From Clostridia bacterium (GTDB lineage: Bacteria; Bacillota; Clostridia; CAKSNL01; HGM11501), in NCBI GenBank assembly GCA_045545475.1, contig JAZQAZ010000008.1, forward strand, positions 1 to 64,000: a stretch of 64,000 nucleotides of DNA, in the 5' to 3' direction. A program made the position numbers and the translations under genes. Positions 62,595-64,000 of this stretch are shown here, piece by piece (within the stretch, counting starts at the first letter, position 1; each line of letters starts with the position of its first letter). Under the pieces are notes generated by a model. That model worked only from the letters and a program-made list of their open reading frames with translations. It did no database searches and was not told where the DNA came from.

Positions 62595-64000
62595 ATGAAA
62601 CAGTTTAATGTTACGGGAATGAGCTGTGCAGCTTGCTCTGCGAGGGTCGAAAAGGCGGTATCAAAGGTTGAAGGAGTCACTCTGTGTTCTGTCAACCTTT
62701 TAACCAATTCTATGATGGTTGAAGGCACGGCGGATGACAGGATAATAATTTCTGCTGTAGAAGAAGCAGGATACGGTGCATCTGTAAAGGGAGCAACCAA
62801 AAAAACTGAAACAATTAAGGATGACACAGAAGAAAAAAATCTTAAATTAAGACTTATATCATCTTTGGTCTTTTTGATTGTTTTGATGTACATTTCCATG
62901 GGGCACGTTATGTGGGAATGGCCGTTGCCAAACTTTTTATCAAAAAATCCAATGAACATCGCGCTTATACAGCTTGTTTTGGCAACTGTTATAATGGTTA
63001 TAAATCAAAAGTTTTTTAAGAACGGATTTAAGGGACTTGTAAAAAAAGCACCTAATATGGATACTTTGGTATCTTTAGGTTCTGCTGCATCGTTTGTATA
63101 TAGTATGTATGCACTTTTCGCTATGTCGGATGCGATGCTTAACGGGGATATTAATCATGCTGAGCATTTCCTTCATGAATTGTACTTTGAATCAGCGGCA
63201 ATGATTTTAACACTTATTACCGTGGGTAAAATGTTGGAAGCAAGAAGTAAGGGGAAAACCACAGATGCCATTGAAAGTCTTATAAGGTTGACGCCTAAGA
63301 CTGCGAGTGTTATAAGAGACGGAAAAGAAATTATAATCGAAGCATCGGAAATGTTTGTTGGAGATGTCTTTGCAGTTAAACCCGGCGAAAGTATTCCGGC
63401 CGACGGAATAGTTATTGAGGGAAGCAGTTCTGTAAATGAATCAGCTCTTACTGGAGAAAGCGTTCCTGCTGATAAGAAGGAGGGCGACAAGGTAACAGCC
63501 GCAACAATAAATCAGGAGGGATTTATTTTGTGTCGTGCCACTAAGGTTGGGGAAGACACAGCCCTCGGAGAAATTATACGACTTGTAAGTGAAGCTTCGG
63601 GATCAAAGGCACCCATTGCAAAAGTGGCAGACAAGGTGTCAGGTTTTTTTGTTCCGGTAGTTATGGCTATTGCGTTACTTACCGTTTTTGTATGGCTTAT
63701 ACTGGGAGAAAGTGCAGGATTTTCTCTTGCAAGAGGAATTTCAGTTCTTGTTATAAGTTGTCCTTGTGCTCTTGGGCTTGCAACACCGGTTGCCATAATG
63801 GTAGGAAGCGGAAGAGGAGCTAAAAGCGGAATTCTGTATAAAAGCGCCGCAGCGTTGGAAGAGGCGGGAAGATGTTCTGTTATTGCCCTTGATAAAACCG
63901 GTACTGTTACAAAAGGTGAAATGAAAGTAACGAATTTAAGTCTTGCAGAAGGAATTGCGGAGGAAGAACTTTTGAAGCTTTCCTATGCTCTTGAGGCAAA
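62595..64000 (+). CDS. copA: Copper-translocating P1B-type ATPase (runs off window end; not in the supplied ORF track)
   Basis: GMSCAAC HMA domain, PNMDTL, YFES, TGES, ISCPCALGLATP, DKTGT. Confidence 0.93.
   Translation, partial: MKQFNVTGMSCAACSARVEKAVSKVEGVTLCSVNLLTNSMMVEGTADDRIIISAVEEAGYGASVKGATKKTETIKDDTEEKNLKLRLISSLVFLIVLMYISMGHVMWEWPLPNFLSKNPMNIALIQLVLATVIMVINQKFFKNGFKGLVKKAPNMDTLVSLGSAASFVYSMYALFAMSDAMLNGDINHAEHFLHELYFESAAMILTLITVGKMLEARSKGKTTDAIESLIRLTPKTASVIRDGKEIIIEASEMFVGDVFAVKPGESIPADGIVIEGSSSVNESALTGESVPADKKEGDKVTAATINQEGFILCRATKVGEDTALGEIIRLVSEASGSKAPIAKVADKVSGFFVPVVMAIALLTVFVWLILGESAGFSLARGISVLVISCPCALGLATPVAIMVGSGRGAKSGILYKSAAALEEAGRCSVIALDKTGTVTKGEMKVTNLSLAEGIAEEELLKLSYALEA

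Overview
AT-rich (roughly 40% GC by eye) chromosomal segment from a probably spore-forming anaerobic Clostridia-class bacterium (gpr, spoIIID, SpoIIM-like gene, rubrerythrin, Firmicute-type promoters and RBSs). The first ~2.4 kb look like the decayed right end of an integrated element: sugar-catabolic genes, gene fragments, a frameshifted excisionase, arm-like repeats and a displaced 3' end of the GGGtGRT gene. The rest is mostly core genome: argGH, ruvCAB, gpr, prs, an atpIBEFHAGDC operon with Na+-type c subunit and an in-frame stop in atpA, rodA/ftsW, prmA, citrate synthase, NFACT/RqcH, membrane pyrophosphatase, wecB, cdaA-cdaR, rpmF, rubrerythrin and csoR-copA. There is also a 13 kb glycan-utilisation locus (GH95, beta-helix protein, GH29, AraC, two large secreted modular proteins). 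Best candidates for new biology: (1) an operon in which GlmM is fused to an XRE helix-turn-helix and followed by an acetyltransferase-only GlmU-like gene and nagB; (2) an XRE/double-operator switch controlling a secreted repeat protein; (3) a 411 bp highly structured element bounded by inverted repeats. All calls are from motif recognition by eye; no database searches were run. No rRNA, tRNA or CRISPR array was seen.
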